Source of the DNA: Trypanosoma brucei
Taxonomy: Eukaryota
Assembly: GCA_000002445.1 (NCBI GenBank)
Contig: CH464491.1
Span: 1,728,001-1,792,000 of the forward strand
Reading direction: 5' to 3'
DNA: 64,000 nt
Shown here piece after piece: positions 41,914-53,400 of the stretch; within the stretch, counting starts at the first letter, position 1, and each line of letters starts with the position of its first letter. The notes beneath the pieces were generated by a model. That model made no database searches. It was not told where the DNA came from and saw nothing but the letters and a program-made list of their open reading frames with translations. The translations under genes and the position numbers were made by a program.

Positions 41914-42804
41914 CTACACAGAAAGCCACTGGACTCCATCGTCTCGCACTTCTCCCTTAACACGAGAGAACACGAAATTATCATCGTGGGCGAGTAAATT
42001 TCGCAGATAAACGTCGTGGTGATCTGACGGCCGATGCGGTCGCAAAGGATCTGGTTGGATCTGCTGTAATACATACAACGCCCGACCGCAGCGCCGCCTG
42101 TGCTCCCGTTCAAGCCGCTTCAGCACTTCGGCATGGGAATCTACAGTCTGAGTGAAATCGCTCTTCCGTGACGCCGGGGACGCGAAGCGAAGTGTTACGA
42201 GACCACCCTTCAGTATCGGAGGTGTTACGGGCCAGCTTCCGCCGTTCGCAGTGGCCCTGGAAGCCGTGGGTGCGGAGGGATCCAAAACTTTTGTAGGCGT
42301 CTCAGAGTTATCGCCAAGATTTTCCGCGATCACAGTATTTACCGGATTGCAGAGGGTTGAATACCCCGCGACTGCCTGCGGGGATGGCGCAGTACGACGT
42401 GATGGGCACCCTTTCAGTTTTTTACCCCCATTATGACAATCCCCCGCCATCAACTCTCCTTCTACAGCTGTATGACCGACTTGACAGAAAAAAGGAGGAA
42501 CAGGCAGGTTCACATCTGTTGTTGCCCCGCACTGCGACCCCGCTTCACTGGTGAAAGCAGTACTTCTTCGTACAGTAGCCGCGTATGAGTCCTTATCAAT
42601 ACTTGGAGGAGTATGACTGGACATCTCACGGGACCGCATCCTTCTCTTGTTACCTGACTTCTCAATGCTAGGCCGACTTGAATATCCAGGGCCATGGGGC
42701 CAACAATAGTCTGACCATGATGCGCCGCATCTATCTCTTTGGCATGAATGAGATGAGCAGCTAAAGCGCGTAGAAGTGCCGGCGGAAGTGCCACTCCTAT
42801 GCAT
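41914..42804 (-). CDS. hypothetical low-complexity protein (297 aa from the first ATG)
   Basis: The track start at 42897 is GTG, and the first ATG is at 42802-42804. The sequence is Ser/Pro/Arg-rich with no recognisable domain. The main support is that it sits in the correct orientation within the transcription unit. Confidence 0.35.
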   Translation of the reverse strand: MHRSGTSAGTSTRFSCSSHSCQRDRCGASWSDYCWPHGPGYSSRPSIEKSGNKRRMRSREMSSHTPPSIDKDSYAATVRRSTAFTSEAGSQCGATTDVNLPVPPFFCQVGHTAVEGELMAGDCHNGGKKLKGCPSRRTAPSPQAVAGYSTLCNPVNTVIAENLGDNSETPTKVLDPSAPTASRATANGGSWPVTPPILKGGLVTLRFASPASRKSDFTQTVDSHAEVLKRLEREHRRRCGRALYVLQQIQPDPLRPHRPSDHHDVYLRNLLAHDDNFVFSRVKGEVRDDGVQWLSV

Positions 42805-44249
42805 ATATTCCTTAGAAAAATACTTGTGGGACCGCCTCCCCTTTTTGTGTTGGCTAAGTGGAATAAAACGGAATGGAGGGCAGTGATTGGAAGGCACGAG
42901 TGATAGGGTTTCAGCGGGGGACCATGAAAAAGGAAAGAAAAGAAAGAGAAACCCTCAAGCTGAGCTGCACCACCCCACAAAAATAAAAAAAAGCGGCATA
43001 AGTGAAGGAAGGTGAAGACAGGCAGAGAGTAAAAATAACACAACAAAAACAAAAAATGAAAAATGTTCCCGGCCACTTCACTGTGGAATCACTTAACAGT
43101 ATCTTAAGAACGCGAAAAGCAAATCCCTTGAGTGCATGAGTGCTCAAAAACGGAAAACGGGTCAGTTCTGACTCATAACGTGAGTACCCGCGGGCAAGCG
43201 ATTAAGGTTTCTTTCTTTTGTTTTTAATATTTTTGGTGTTGAAAAAGAATAAAAACAAATTTTATTAAAGAAAAAGAACCAAAAAAACAAAGAAGAGTTT
43301 CTATCACAGGAATGTTATGCCCTTAGGGCCACGTAATTTGCGTAGAAAGAAAAACATTAAATACCAACAAACATAAAAAAGAGAGAGAAAACGTTAGACC
43401 TCCCGAGCCGAAGTTGCGCCGCACCTCTCTTTTCCCCTTCGTCTTCACTCCCCCACCGGAGCCACAAGTTTGCATGACGCCAACTGAAGCAAATAACGCC
43501 TAGAGACGTTTGTTTTACCTCCTTTCACCCAAGGAAGGTGTGTAAAATAACAAAAGAGTAAAAATCACACATAGAAAATTGTCCTCCATCCCCACTGGAG
43601 GAATGACAGCTTCTCAACAACAAAAGTAAGGAGGGGAAAAGCATTTTAGTGTGGAGCCACTTCACCGGCTCTTCTATCTTTCTGGCATTGCGGTAAAGGG
43701 GTAAAATATAGATATTTATACGTTCCACAACACAACCAACAGTTGATCACCTCTCCTTTTCTTGCTACGGTGGGAGGCGAATGTAATTTTCAGAAGTGGG
43801 AGAAAACTCAAAAAAAAAACAATAGCAACTCCACTACAGGATTGTTCAAAAATTACACTGCTTTTACCTTAAGTGGGAGAGAGGCTTACGCTTCTTTCCT
43901 TCCCCTTCTCCACAAATTCGCTCTTCCTTTTTTTCTTCACCTTCTTTTTCTCTGCTGTTATCATTATTTTGTAAACCGTCTTCACACCTCCCCATAGGAA
44001 GTTAACCAAATAACGCTTGGGTGTAAACATACGCGCATAAATGTTTTATGGTTATTTCCATTGGATACACGCATATACACTTGCATTTACGTGTGAAAAT
44101 ATAAGCGTAAGGAGCAGCAAACAACAGTACATCGCTAATATTAACTGGTTTTAACCTTCTACCGAAACTACCGCCCCCCGCGCCTCCCTCCTACCCTTTA
44201 ATAAACTCCCTCTTCACCTCCGTCTCCACCTCAGCTTTTTCAGTGAACC

Positions 44250-45128
44250 TCAACTGCTGCCGCTCTCTCCGGCCCATTTCTCCTTTGCAAACTGAATTGT
44301 TATGTTCTCCAGAGAAGGGACATCAAACGGATCGGGATCAGAGGTCCATGTCCTTTGGTAGTCACTTTGCTTCGGTACCCACTCCGTGAACCCCGCAACG
44401 GCACCGCGCACAGTCTTCACCGTATTGGGAGATGCCTTTGTTGTAACATAGTTCATCACCATGGTGGGGATCCAGCCGCCAACATCGCATTGGGTTACAT
44501 ACGTTAGGCAACATCCCTTCGTTCCCTTGTCTTCCCATGGCCGTATCAAATATCCGGTGATCTTCGAAAACCCGCGGACAACGGAATCACTACTGATTTT
44601 GTTTGCTTTCAAGTAGTTCGTGGGAACGTCACGGTGGGGAACGGACGTGTTGAATATGATGAACTCTCCGTTACCGGCGCTATGCCAGGCGCGTTGATTC
44701 ACAAAGTCGCGGTTGGTGACTCCTGTAGCCGGGCTTTTCGCTGCGTAGTAGCCTATATCGGTATTGGGACTAAGCTGCACAATGCAAAAGGCCTCAATGC
44801 GATACGTATCCCACACAACGCGATATAATCCGTCCTGCAGCATGTCGTACATGGTTTGCGGATCAACACCCGGATACACGCTGAAAACCTTAACGACATT
44901 CAGCGATTCTCCCTTCACCTTTTTACTCCACACAATCGTATCGTTCGGACGATTGCAGCGAAGTGAATACCCTTCGAGTGAGTCGGCATAGTTTCGAAAT
45001 GCAAGAAAGTCGTTCTTCGCTGGCAAGCGGTACCTCCTGCCGGCGTTGCTCACCTCCTCTCCTGTCAGGGGAAACGGGGTTTTATACACCACAGTTTCCT
45101 CCTCCTCTTTGGTGGTATCTGATGGCAT
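44250..45128 (-). CDS. START (StAR-related lipid transfer) domain protein, phosphatidylcholine-transfer-protein-like (292 aa)
   Basis: ATG confirmed. MYDMLQDGLYRVVWDTY...NRDFVNQRAWHSAGNGEFIIFNTSVPHRDVP...GCCLTYVTQCDVGGWIP fits the START/Bet v1 pattern (D.D.R..WD......SNRD.V......G.P.W..N...). Confidence 0.6.
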   Translation of the reverse strand: MPSDTTKEEEETVVYKTPFPLTGEEVSNAGRRYRLPAKNDFLAFRNYADSLEGYSLRCNRPNDTIVWSKKVKGESLNVVKVFSVYPGVDPQTMYDMLQDGLYRVVWDTYRIEAFCIVQLSPNTDIGYYAAKSPATGVTNRDFVNQRAWHSAGNGEFIIFNTSVPHRDVPTNYLKANKISSDSVVRGFSKITGYLIRPWEDKGTKGCCLTYVTQCDVGGWIPTMVMNYVTTKASPNTVKTVRGAVAGFTEWVPKQSDYQRTWTSDPDPFDVPSLENITIQFAKEKWAGESGSS

Positions 45129-45156
45129 GAATAAGAGAAGCTAACGTGTAGCGTAG

Positions 45157-45179
45157 ATATATATATATATATATATATA
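45157..45179. repeat. (AT)11 microsatellite
   Basis: Directly visible in the intergenic region just upstream of the START-domain gene start. Confidence 0.9.
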
Positions 45180-46709
45180 GTTATGTCTGTTGGTATTTAC
45201 AGATATACTTGATAAATGCTGCGTATAAACTATATTGTGATTTTGTCCTTATTTTAATTATTATCGTGGGCCTAAAGAAACAAAATACCGAGGCGCGTCC
45301 CCCCCCCCCTAAAGGTGTGTTTACGTGTGGGTACAAAAATATATGTGCTTGCCGCGCGCTTCCACCTCGCTTGTTTCCAACCGTTTAGGTTCCGTGTTGT
45401 ATGGGCGAGTGCTACAGCTATTGGGCGTTTCCGCAGCAACAATAACAGCACTGAATTTTCACTTGTAAAGCGTAGATGAGTATGCAAATAAAGAAACGCA
45501 TGCACACATAGAAATGTATGTGCGATAATTATAAGCCATGATAAGAAGGGGCGCAGGGAATGGGAAGCGTGCTGAATGATGGTCCGATAATGACCAGAGA
45601 AATGTAAAAAAAAAGGAGAAAAATAGGTAATCCTCTGCAAACTTCACAAGTTTCAAAAAGGCGAAGCAAGCACACCAGTCCCTCATGGAGAAATTCCCTC
45701 TGGAGGCCCCAAAATGTCAAGATGAATCTCCTGCGTTTTCCCCTCTACCAGTTACATACGCACTCACATAAATATATTCATAATAAAAGATATTGCAGCG
45801 TTTTATACGGAGACATGTAATGTTCAGTGCTCCACCCAACGAAAAAGAACAGAAGGCCGGGGCCACAATAAAGTTGGAAGTATCGTCCACATTTCCATCA
45901 ACTGCTTCTTAATCACTCAGTCTAATTTGTCGTTGTCCCAGTTCCAGGAGTAAAAGAAGAATACAAGAAAAAAAGGAAGAAGAGTGGTGCAAATCAAAGG
46001 ATGACAGTTGTTAAGAAAAAAAAAGCAGCAAGAAAGAGCAAACAAACACCCACGTATACGCCGGAACCGGCGTCAACTGAAACATACATAAACAGGCGCG
46101 CCACATAGATTCCGTGAAGAGGAGCCGCGTGAAAAATACATCACGTATAAATTTGTGGGACACTGAAACAGTAGTAAGTGAACTACAGAGCCTGTTACGT
46201 CTTCAACACATATACGTACACGTCTAATACAAGTAACGGTGAATAAAGTGTGAGCAATCTACACCTCTTTTCTTCCACAGAAAAGCGCAAATAACTTTTT
46301 TTTCACATTTTTTTTTACTGACCATTGCTTAACGTAAAGAGGCAGGTGGATCTCCCACGTTATATATATCTGTACGCATGCACTGAGCCAGATTGACGGC
46401 TGCACTGAAAGGTTACTTATGTCGCAAGCGATGAAAACGCTGGGTTAGGTGCCAGAGAGAAAAGGGAGACGCGAAACAGCAACCACGAGCAGGTACGAAG
46501 GAATATATCATCAGTAGATAAAGAACCAAAGAAAGGGGAAAAAACGAAACGAAACGCGGAGATACCTCTTTTGAAACGAATGAGGTGCTTTAAAACTACT
46601 TTGGTGAACGTCCCTCCTTTTTTTTTTCTTCCTCGACGTATTCACCATATCGGTGTTGGTGTTATTATTGTTATCGTGCTCCATAGAGTCCAAGTGGGGT
46701 GGAGTTACT

Positions 46710-49670
46710 TCAGGTGGAGACGTTGAGTCCGGAATCGGTAGATGCCTTATCGCTATGCCACAGTTTTACCTCGTCTAAGAGCTTCTTGAAACGTTCCTCG
46801 AGACCGTCATTTAGCACCCGTCTTGGGTGGATATCCTCCTCGCCGGTCCCATAGTCCTTGTTCGTTCTACGCACACGCCTGGGTGGTGTGAAGTTGTTGT
46901 GCCGCTCACGTAAAGAGGGAGTTCCGTTACTTTGTCTTGCCTTCGTGCGACTGATTCCGTTAAATGTGAGTGAGCGAGTAAATGGAACTACATCCTCTGA
47001 AAACTTTACATGGGTCCTTGTGGCACACCGCGAGAAGGTGGGACTCGCCGCTTTACCCGCGTCTGTCCGTGCAGCATGTGGGCGGGAGGAAGCGAGGGTC
47101 ATTTCTTTACACGGTGAGCCGATGATGGTGTTCTTCTTGCCGTTTACCGTGGAGAGGTTTGCGGGATCCCTATGGCCCACCTTAATTGCACCCTTAGGGC
47201 ACGGTGGTTTCTTGAACGTGGCACCAGCAGGCTGACGAGTGCTGGGTCTCGTCACCGGCCGTGGCGGAACAGTCATTGCCTTCGGCGTCCGCTGACACTT
47301 TGCTGCAGCGATTGTCGAACGGCTATTTCCGGAAAGCGGCGTATTCGTGCCGGCTACACTCCTATTGCTGTACGCCCCCGTGGCTTTCTTGGGCGAGCTA
47401 TGCACCACCAAGCTCCTACTGTCTGGACCATTTGATACCTGGTATTGTAGGCGTGCCTCTATGCCCTGTGTTGACGACCGCCTAAAACGTGATTCAGCGG
47501 ACGCCATGGGAGACGCCCTACCACTTCTCATAGATTTCTGGACTACGTGAATTATGTCTGCGGTCGGGATGGAAGGAAGGTTTGCGTACATGAGTGCAAG
47601 TTGTGCTTCTTCCCATACTGACGAGTTGGGTGTGGTCAACGGCAACATGCTCTTAATTGCCTGCACACACTTGCTTAGCGCCTGCGAAAACTCTTCCTCA
47701 TGACTCATGACAGCACGGTATTCTTGGTGATAATGTGCCGCCAGGCATTCCGCCTCTGTGCAGTTCTGTCTCAGCTTTACATTATCAAGGAGAAGTTCCA
47801 AGAAAGGGTGTTGCTTCTCCCGCAGTAACTCCTGCCGTACCTTGTCAAGCTCCTTATCAGTTGCGTCCATCTTCTCCCGAAGGCGTTTGATTTCCCCTCC
47901 GTGTGCAGTCAATTCCACCTCCATCTCCTTGATTGCGCGCTGCTGCCCAGCGACGCCGACGGAGGTCGACAGTTCCCCATCTACGCCCTTGCCGGAACCC
48001 TTCTGCTTTGCGGACAAAAAGCGAACGAGCTTCCACTTCTGCTGCCGAAGACGCATATTCAACTCACTATGTGCTTCCTCAGCCTCCCGCATTTCACGAT
48101 AGAGTAGCTCTTTTGTCGCTGATAGAGACTTAGTTTTCTTCTGAAGGTCCGCTGACAATTCCATCGCTTCCACTACTTTTGGAGTTCGTGTAGAGGACCG
48201 CATTGATGCCCTACCTGTTGCCTCGAGAGGAAGTTGCATCCAGTCCCGCTCCGTACGTTGCGCTGAGAGGGACAATGTTGGCACTTCCAGGTCTTTCGCC
48301 TGTGGAGGTGAAACGGCCCGTGGGGATGTGCGGGCTGCCCCGTTGGCATTATTCGCGTTGGCACCACGCAACTGTAGGAGCTCATCGCGCGCCAAAGCCA
48401 ACTCAGCACGAAGCTCCTCAATGAGTGCCTCTTGATTTGCTGCCACGACTTTCGAGTCAACCGCAAACTCATGGCGTTTTGCTGTCACGCGTATTTTCTT
48501 TGCTTGCATCGCAAAGAGCATAGTGTTGATGGTCTCTTCGTAGTTCATGCTGCTAGGGCTGATACAGAACAACATCAGCGTCCTACAGTTCCCCCCGATG
48601 CTGTCCTGCAGTAGCCGCGTCAGTTTAGATCCACGGTATGGAATGTAATGCGTCCTCTCGGGGTGCTCTCTCCGCTGCACTAACTCCTGCACAACAGCGC
48701 TAAGTGCAAGAAGGGAGCGGTTGATATTTCCACCCTCACGCAAGCGGTCACCCCTGTTGCTGCTACCTGCTGCTCTTTCAGACCCAGCCAAATCGCAAAA
48801 GCGGATGCGTCCAACGGTCCCAAGCGATGCGTTGACTGTGTCCTTCACTTCTATCTCTACGGTGAAGATCGCGTGAGAGCGGCTCGAGTGTGCATTGGCG
48901 TCCGTGGAAGCCACAAAGCGGTTGATGTGTCCACGCTCCACACACCGAGCGAAGTCATCCGCCGTTTCCGGTGTGCAGTACGTGAGGCCCCGCACCGCAA
49001 GACTTTCGGGGTTAACACCGCAACGTCCGTTGATAAAGCTACCGTAACAACTGGTGTCATTGGAATGAGTGAGCTCCTGCACGTTCAATTCCTTCCGCTT
49101 CCCCTGACCACTTGTCTGCGCCAGAAGGTCGTACACCTTTTCGTTGTATACTTCCATGAAGCTGCAGCGGGTGGTCACTGTCTTTTCATTTTCCTCCAAC
49201 TCACTCTTCGTCTCTAAGATGTCCTGCACAGCCTGGTAAATGACACCAGCAGCACTCATTTGTCCGCCAAACATCGTGTGAGTTTTCCCTGAACCAGTCG
49301 ACCCATAAGCGAGAACAGATCCGTTAACACCTTCAAATGCCCCCGCGATTACATGCCGGCAGGCCTCGTACACTTCAAACTGAGAACTATAATGGTGAAA
49401 CACTTGATCAACATTGAACTGCCTCGGACGCGGCTTGGCGTGAGGCGCACCAAAGTAACGAGATGACATTTTGGACGGCGCCCCATTCACAACTATTCCA
49501 TCCTTCAAGCACTGCACGATATTTCGGACGCTGGGGTTCGCATGCTCAACCGTTGACAGGGGCCGTACGCGCACAACAACCCGGATTGTACCGTCATCGC
49601 TCGGCTGCTTCGCCTCTACGACAGCGCCACTACAACTTCCACGTCTAGCGACGTTATCTTCTCCGCCCAT
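46710..49670 (-). CDS. kinesin-like motor protein, N-terminal motor domain plus coiled-coil and Ser/Pro-rich tail (986 aa)
   Basis: ATG confirmed. The motor features are the P-loop GSTGSGKTHTMFG, switch I SSRSHAIFTV, switch II DLAGSER, and the neck IRVVVRVRPLS. Confidence 0.9.
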   Translation of the reverse strand: MGGEDNVARRGSCSGAVVEAKQPSDDGTIRVVVRVRPLSTVEHANPSVRNIVQCLKDGIVVNGAPSKMSSRYFGAPHAKPRPRQFNVDQVFHHYSSQFEVYEACRHVIAGAFEGVNGSVLAYGSTGSGKTHTMFGGQMSAAGVIYQAVQDILETKSELEENEKTVTTRCSFMEVYNEKVYDLLAQTSGQGKRKELNVQELTHSNDTSCYGSFINGRCGVNPESLAVRGLTYCTPETADDFARCVERGHINRFVASTDANAHSSRSHAIFTVEIEVKDTVNASLGTVGRIRFCDLAGSERAAGSSNRGDRLREGGNINRSLLALSAVVQELVQRREHPERTHYIPYRGSKLTRLLQDSIGGNCRTLMLFCISPSSMNYEETINTMLFAMQAKKIRVTAKRHEFAVDSKVVAANQEALIEELRAELALARDELLQLRGANANNANGAARTSPRAVSPPQAKDLEVPTLSLSAQRTERDWMQLPLEATGRASMRSSTRTPKVVEAMELSADLQKKTKSLSATKELLYREMREAEEAHSELNMRLRQQKWKLVRFLSAKQKGSGKGVDGELSTSVGVAGQQRAIKEMEVELTAHGGEIKRLREKMDATDKELDKVRQELLREKQHPFLELLLDNVKLRQNCTEAECLAAHYHQEYRAVMSHEEEFSQALSKCVQAIKSMLPLTTPNSSVWEEAQLALMYANLPSIPTADIIHVVQKSMRSGRASPMASAESRFRRSSTQGIEARLQYQVSNGPDSRSLVVHSSPKKATGAYSNRSVAGTNTPLSGNSRSTIAAAKCQRTPKAMTVPPRPVTRPSTRQPAGATFKKPPCPKGAIKVGHRDPANLSTVNGKKNTIIGSPCKEMTLASSRPHAARTDAGKAASPTFSRCATRTHVKFSEDVVPFTRSLTFNGISRTKARQSNGTPSLRERHNNFTPPRRVRRTNKDYGTGEEDIHPRRVLNDGLEERFKKLLDEVKLWHSDKASTDSGLNVST

Positions 49671-50439
49671 TGTGCGTTTCCCTTTACCTTCGAGGAAGGA
49701 GGCAGATTCCGTTGTGTAGTTACCCTACCCTTTCTTATAACTGCCGACTCTTTTTTTGCTAATGCCTTCGATACCCCACCCTCCCCACTTTCCCCTCTTT
49801 TCTACTGCACGGGAAGAGACTTTCCCCACTAAAGAAGATAAAGAAAACGCCGGAAAAATTAGAGAGTCTAACACTCGTAATAAATTAAAGTCTTTAAATA
49901 TAAATGTCGATACGCACCCTTACTTGTGAAAGATCATTTCCCGTTCTTCCCATTTTTTTTCTTCCGCGGATGAAGCTGCCCCGGCTCTCACCGCACATTC
50001 CCTCTGCTGCGCTGCATACGTCCCCGCTCTGGTGTAGTGATCTCCAGGTGTAAAACACCTGCAGAAATTACCACAGCCAAAAGATTAGCGCCCACGTGAA
50101 CTGTACGGACACATCAACATCAACACCCACGCATAGACAAAGAGAAGGGGGGAAAGAAAAGAAAGTTAAAGCCTTCTCAACAGTGGCAAACACACCCATG
50201 TGAACATTTCTCCTTACATATTCCCGTCACCATGGCCGAATGCTGCAAAAGGGAGGGGGCACTGACCGCTAAACTACGGCAGGGGGAAACAAAATCGACA
50301 AACACGAGAGAAATGTCTCGGCCGTGCTGCCTTTGGGTGGTTGCTCCCGTACTTCAATATTGCGCGGTGACGACACTTTGTCTAACAGCGCTTTGTTTTT
50401 CGGCACACCCCATTCGAGGGACTGCGAGGTTATAAGTTT

Positions 50440-53400
50440 CTAGCGACGCTCAGATTCCTGCATGCGGTTGATGCGCAGCGTAACCTCTCGCAATTCATCC
50501 CTCTGGCGTCTGTGCTGCTCTTGCAGGTGAAGTGCGCTCCTTGCAAACTCTGTATCTCGCGGTAACGTGAGAGTGTTTCTGTCAACGCCTTCATTGGCCG
50601 AAGCACCGTGAGGGTCCGCACCTGCAGAAGTGCCTCCAGGTTTGGTATTTGTAGAGCCTCCTCCGCGCACTGGTCGACGCAGCACTACAAACTTCATTTC
50701 CTGCCGATTTGCCGACTCTTCATGTGGCTGCTGAGATCGCTGCTGTTGCCGATGTAGACGAATACCGGCAGTAAGTTCCTGCTTTATGAGCCGCTCCGCC
50801 GCAGCTCCCTTTGTGGCTGCAGAAGCCGCACGGAAAATGCCATCACGCTGAGTCTCGGACATCAATGCCCGTAACTTGGCGTCAAGATTGGCTTCCTCTA
50901 TCCTCAGACGGAGAGCCTCGGCGGCGGCTATCTTCTTGTTGTCGTCATCTTCATCTTCATCTTCATCTTCATCTTCATCTTCATCTTCATCTTCCTCCTC
51001 CTCCTCTTCGTCATCTGAGTATTCCTCTTCCTCGTCATCCTCATCATCCATGTCATCATCCTCGTTTTCCTCAGAGATCATGTCCGAATCGCTGCGGCTG
51101 AACCCACTGAGGGTACTGCTATGACTGTAATCGCTGTCGAAATCAGGCGACTCATCACTACTACCGTCACTTTGAGTCGATACGTCATATTCCCCTCTTG
51201 CGTAGCTTTCACCGGCGTCACTCCCATGGCTGCTGACCGCATCGTAGACGTGATCCACATCTTGGGTCGACAATCCCATCAGGTTCTCTTCAACGTTTTC
51301 GGCTACCGTACTCTCAACCTGAGAGCACGATGCCGCACGTACTTGAACAGATGAAATGCGGCAATGGGGAAAGTCTTCACGGCAACTTTTTCTCATTTTC
51401 TCGCACATCCGGTCGTACCATACGTTGGCGGACAGTACATGTTCCTCTTCGACTACCTTTGCATATGCCTCGGCTTCCTGCAGCGACTTTGGCAGTCGCA
51501 TACCGGGAGGCGGAGCGGTAGACTCAGACACAGAATCTTGGGACCTCTCTTTCTCCTCACCACCGCGGTGCTTATCCCGTCCCTTAGGTTGCCCGACCCC
51601 GCTTCCCTGGCGCATACACTCATCCAACTGAGAAACTAATTCGTCAAGGCGTTGAGACAGGTCCAGAGGAAGTGCCCTGATAGTATACCTGTGCACAAAT
51701 AGAAGCGCCATCATTTTACGCATCAACTGGTGGAGGCTCGCAAGGCGCTCTGCTGAGCGTGATCTGCTGTCCCGCTGCTGCCACGGCAAAAAGGTTAGGG
51801 ACCCAGAAAGTAGACTGACACAACACCGTAAGCGGGAACAATCGGGGCTGCATCCATTCGGATGCGGTGTGTAGCAGAGGAGTTGAGCCACAATGTAGCT
51901 CACGAAGCGAAAGGAAAGAACACGAGCACGACAAAGGTGGGTAATAAATACACAATCCAAAAGACGCAAGCTCATCGAACGGTATTCTGCGTGCAATTGA
52001 GACGCCTCTGCATAATAGCGGATTTCTTCGGTCATTTCGACTGCCTCCACCTCTGTATCTCTTGGAACGACCTCCAAGTCACGTCGCAGATCCTCAGCAA
52101 CCGTTTCCACAATGCGCAGAACCAATGAATCATGCCCAGCGCGGCCCAGGTCGGCAAGCAAATCAGCTAGTAGTGGAATATTGTCCCATTTAAGATGCTG
52201 CACATCGCGTAACGTGGCCACAAGCCCGTTTCGTTTGGCAGGGTCTTCCCACGGCACCTTTACTAGCTTCTCACAAACAAACTTGTACTTCTGCCGTGAT
52301 AAGACGTCATTGAGTAGGTGCCGCACGTAAAGCTCAAGTGGAGAACGCTCAACTTGTGCGACGGGGCGCCTCGGGGCGGATGGAACGTGAAGGAAGTCAA
52401 GCGATGCCCTTATTAGGTCTGATCCCTCATCGTATAAAGTCGTCTTCGATAACGCACTCTCGAGCTTACCCAACGCCTTGTTAAAAGGCTGCCGCGTCGT
52501 CTGGTTCCGAGACAGAAAGAATCCACAGTACTTCATGACAGAAGAAATTAAGTAGGGACTGATGCGACCATGTAAATCCTCCATCCCCACACGCAGCACA
52601 CTAAATACAGCCAAATGTGCTATAGCACCGAATTTCGTCAAGTCACATATGTAGCGAACGGTGCCCTCTACCTGATCTCTCAATTTCTCCTCCGATATTC
52701 CACTGTCAGCCTTGCACAAAGATTTCCAATGGGCGTCCAACCTCCCGGCAATAAACTCACTCATGTCCGGAAAGTACTGGCTGAACTCCGCAATGCAACG
52801 TGAGAGGTAGGGCACCATATCAGGCTGCTGAACCCACGGAGAGTACCACGCCTCCATCGCCAACAACATACGGCAATTTGTGAAGAATACACTCCCAAGT
52901 GCAACGCTTCCAGACGAATGCTCTAGTGGGCGTAGTGCCTCCTGCATGTACTGGACACACCACTTGTCAATGGCATCTGCGCTTCTGCACTGTTCAAGTT
53001 CTTCTAGCAACTGCAACACCACCGCATACTCATCGAACAAGGTTGCTGGTACAGCCAACCACGCAAGCCAGAGGCGTCGCTCCACCGTCGTGGACACCTT
53101 CATGTATGAGGGTGACCTGCTTTCGCCCACACACCGTGTGTCAGAGTTGGAGGCCGTATCCTTTCCTTCGCCTTCTTCTTTCCGCTTGTGAGCTTTTTTC
53201 TCCCTTGCGTCAGTAACCCCTGCACAGGGTGACTGGGCAAGAACCCCCTGTCGCCCAAGAGAATCCCAGCTTGGCTTCTCACTTAACAGCGATTTTAAAA
53301 GCTCATCCGATATGGTCAAGAAATCTGGGACATACTCGTAGAAGATGCGCTGCTCATCGCTCTCAAAGCGGTTTAGTGTCTCTGCTGCGGAGACGGCGTA

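Noticed and set aside
42510-43076. 188-codon minus-strand ORF
   Set aside because: It overlaps the 41914..42804 gene in another frame. Its translation is hydrophobic low-complexity (FLFLLCYFYSLPVFTF...), derived from the pyrimidine-rich intergenic sequence, and it begins at a non-ATG.
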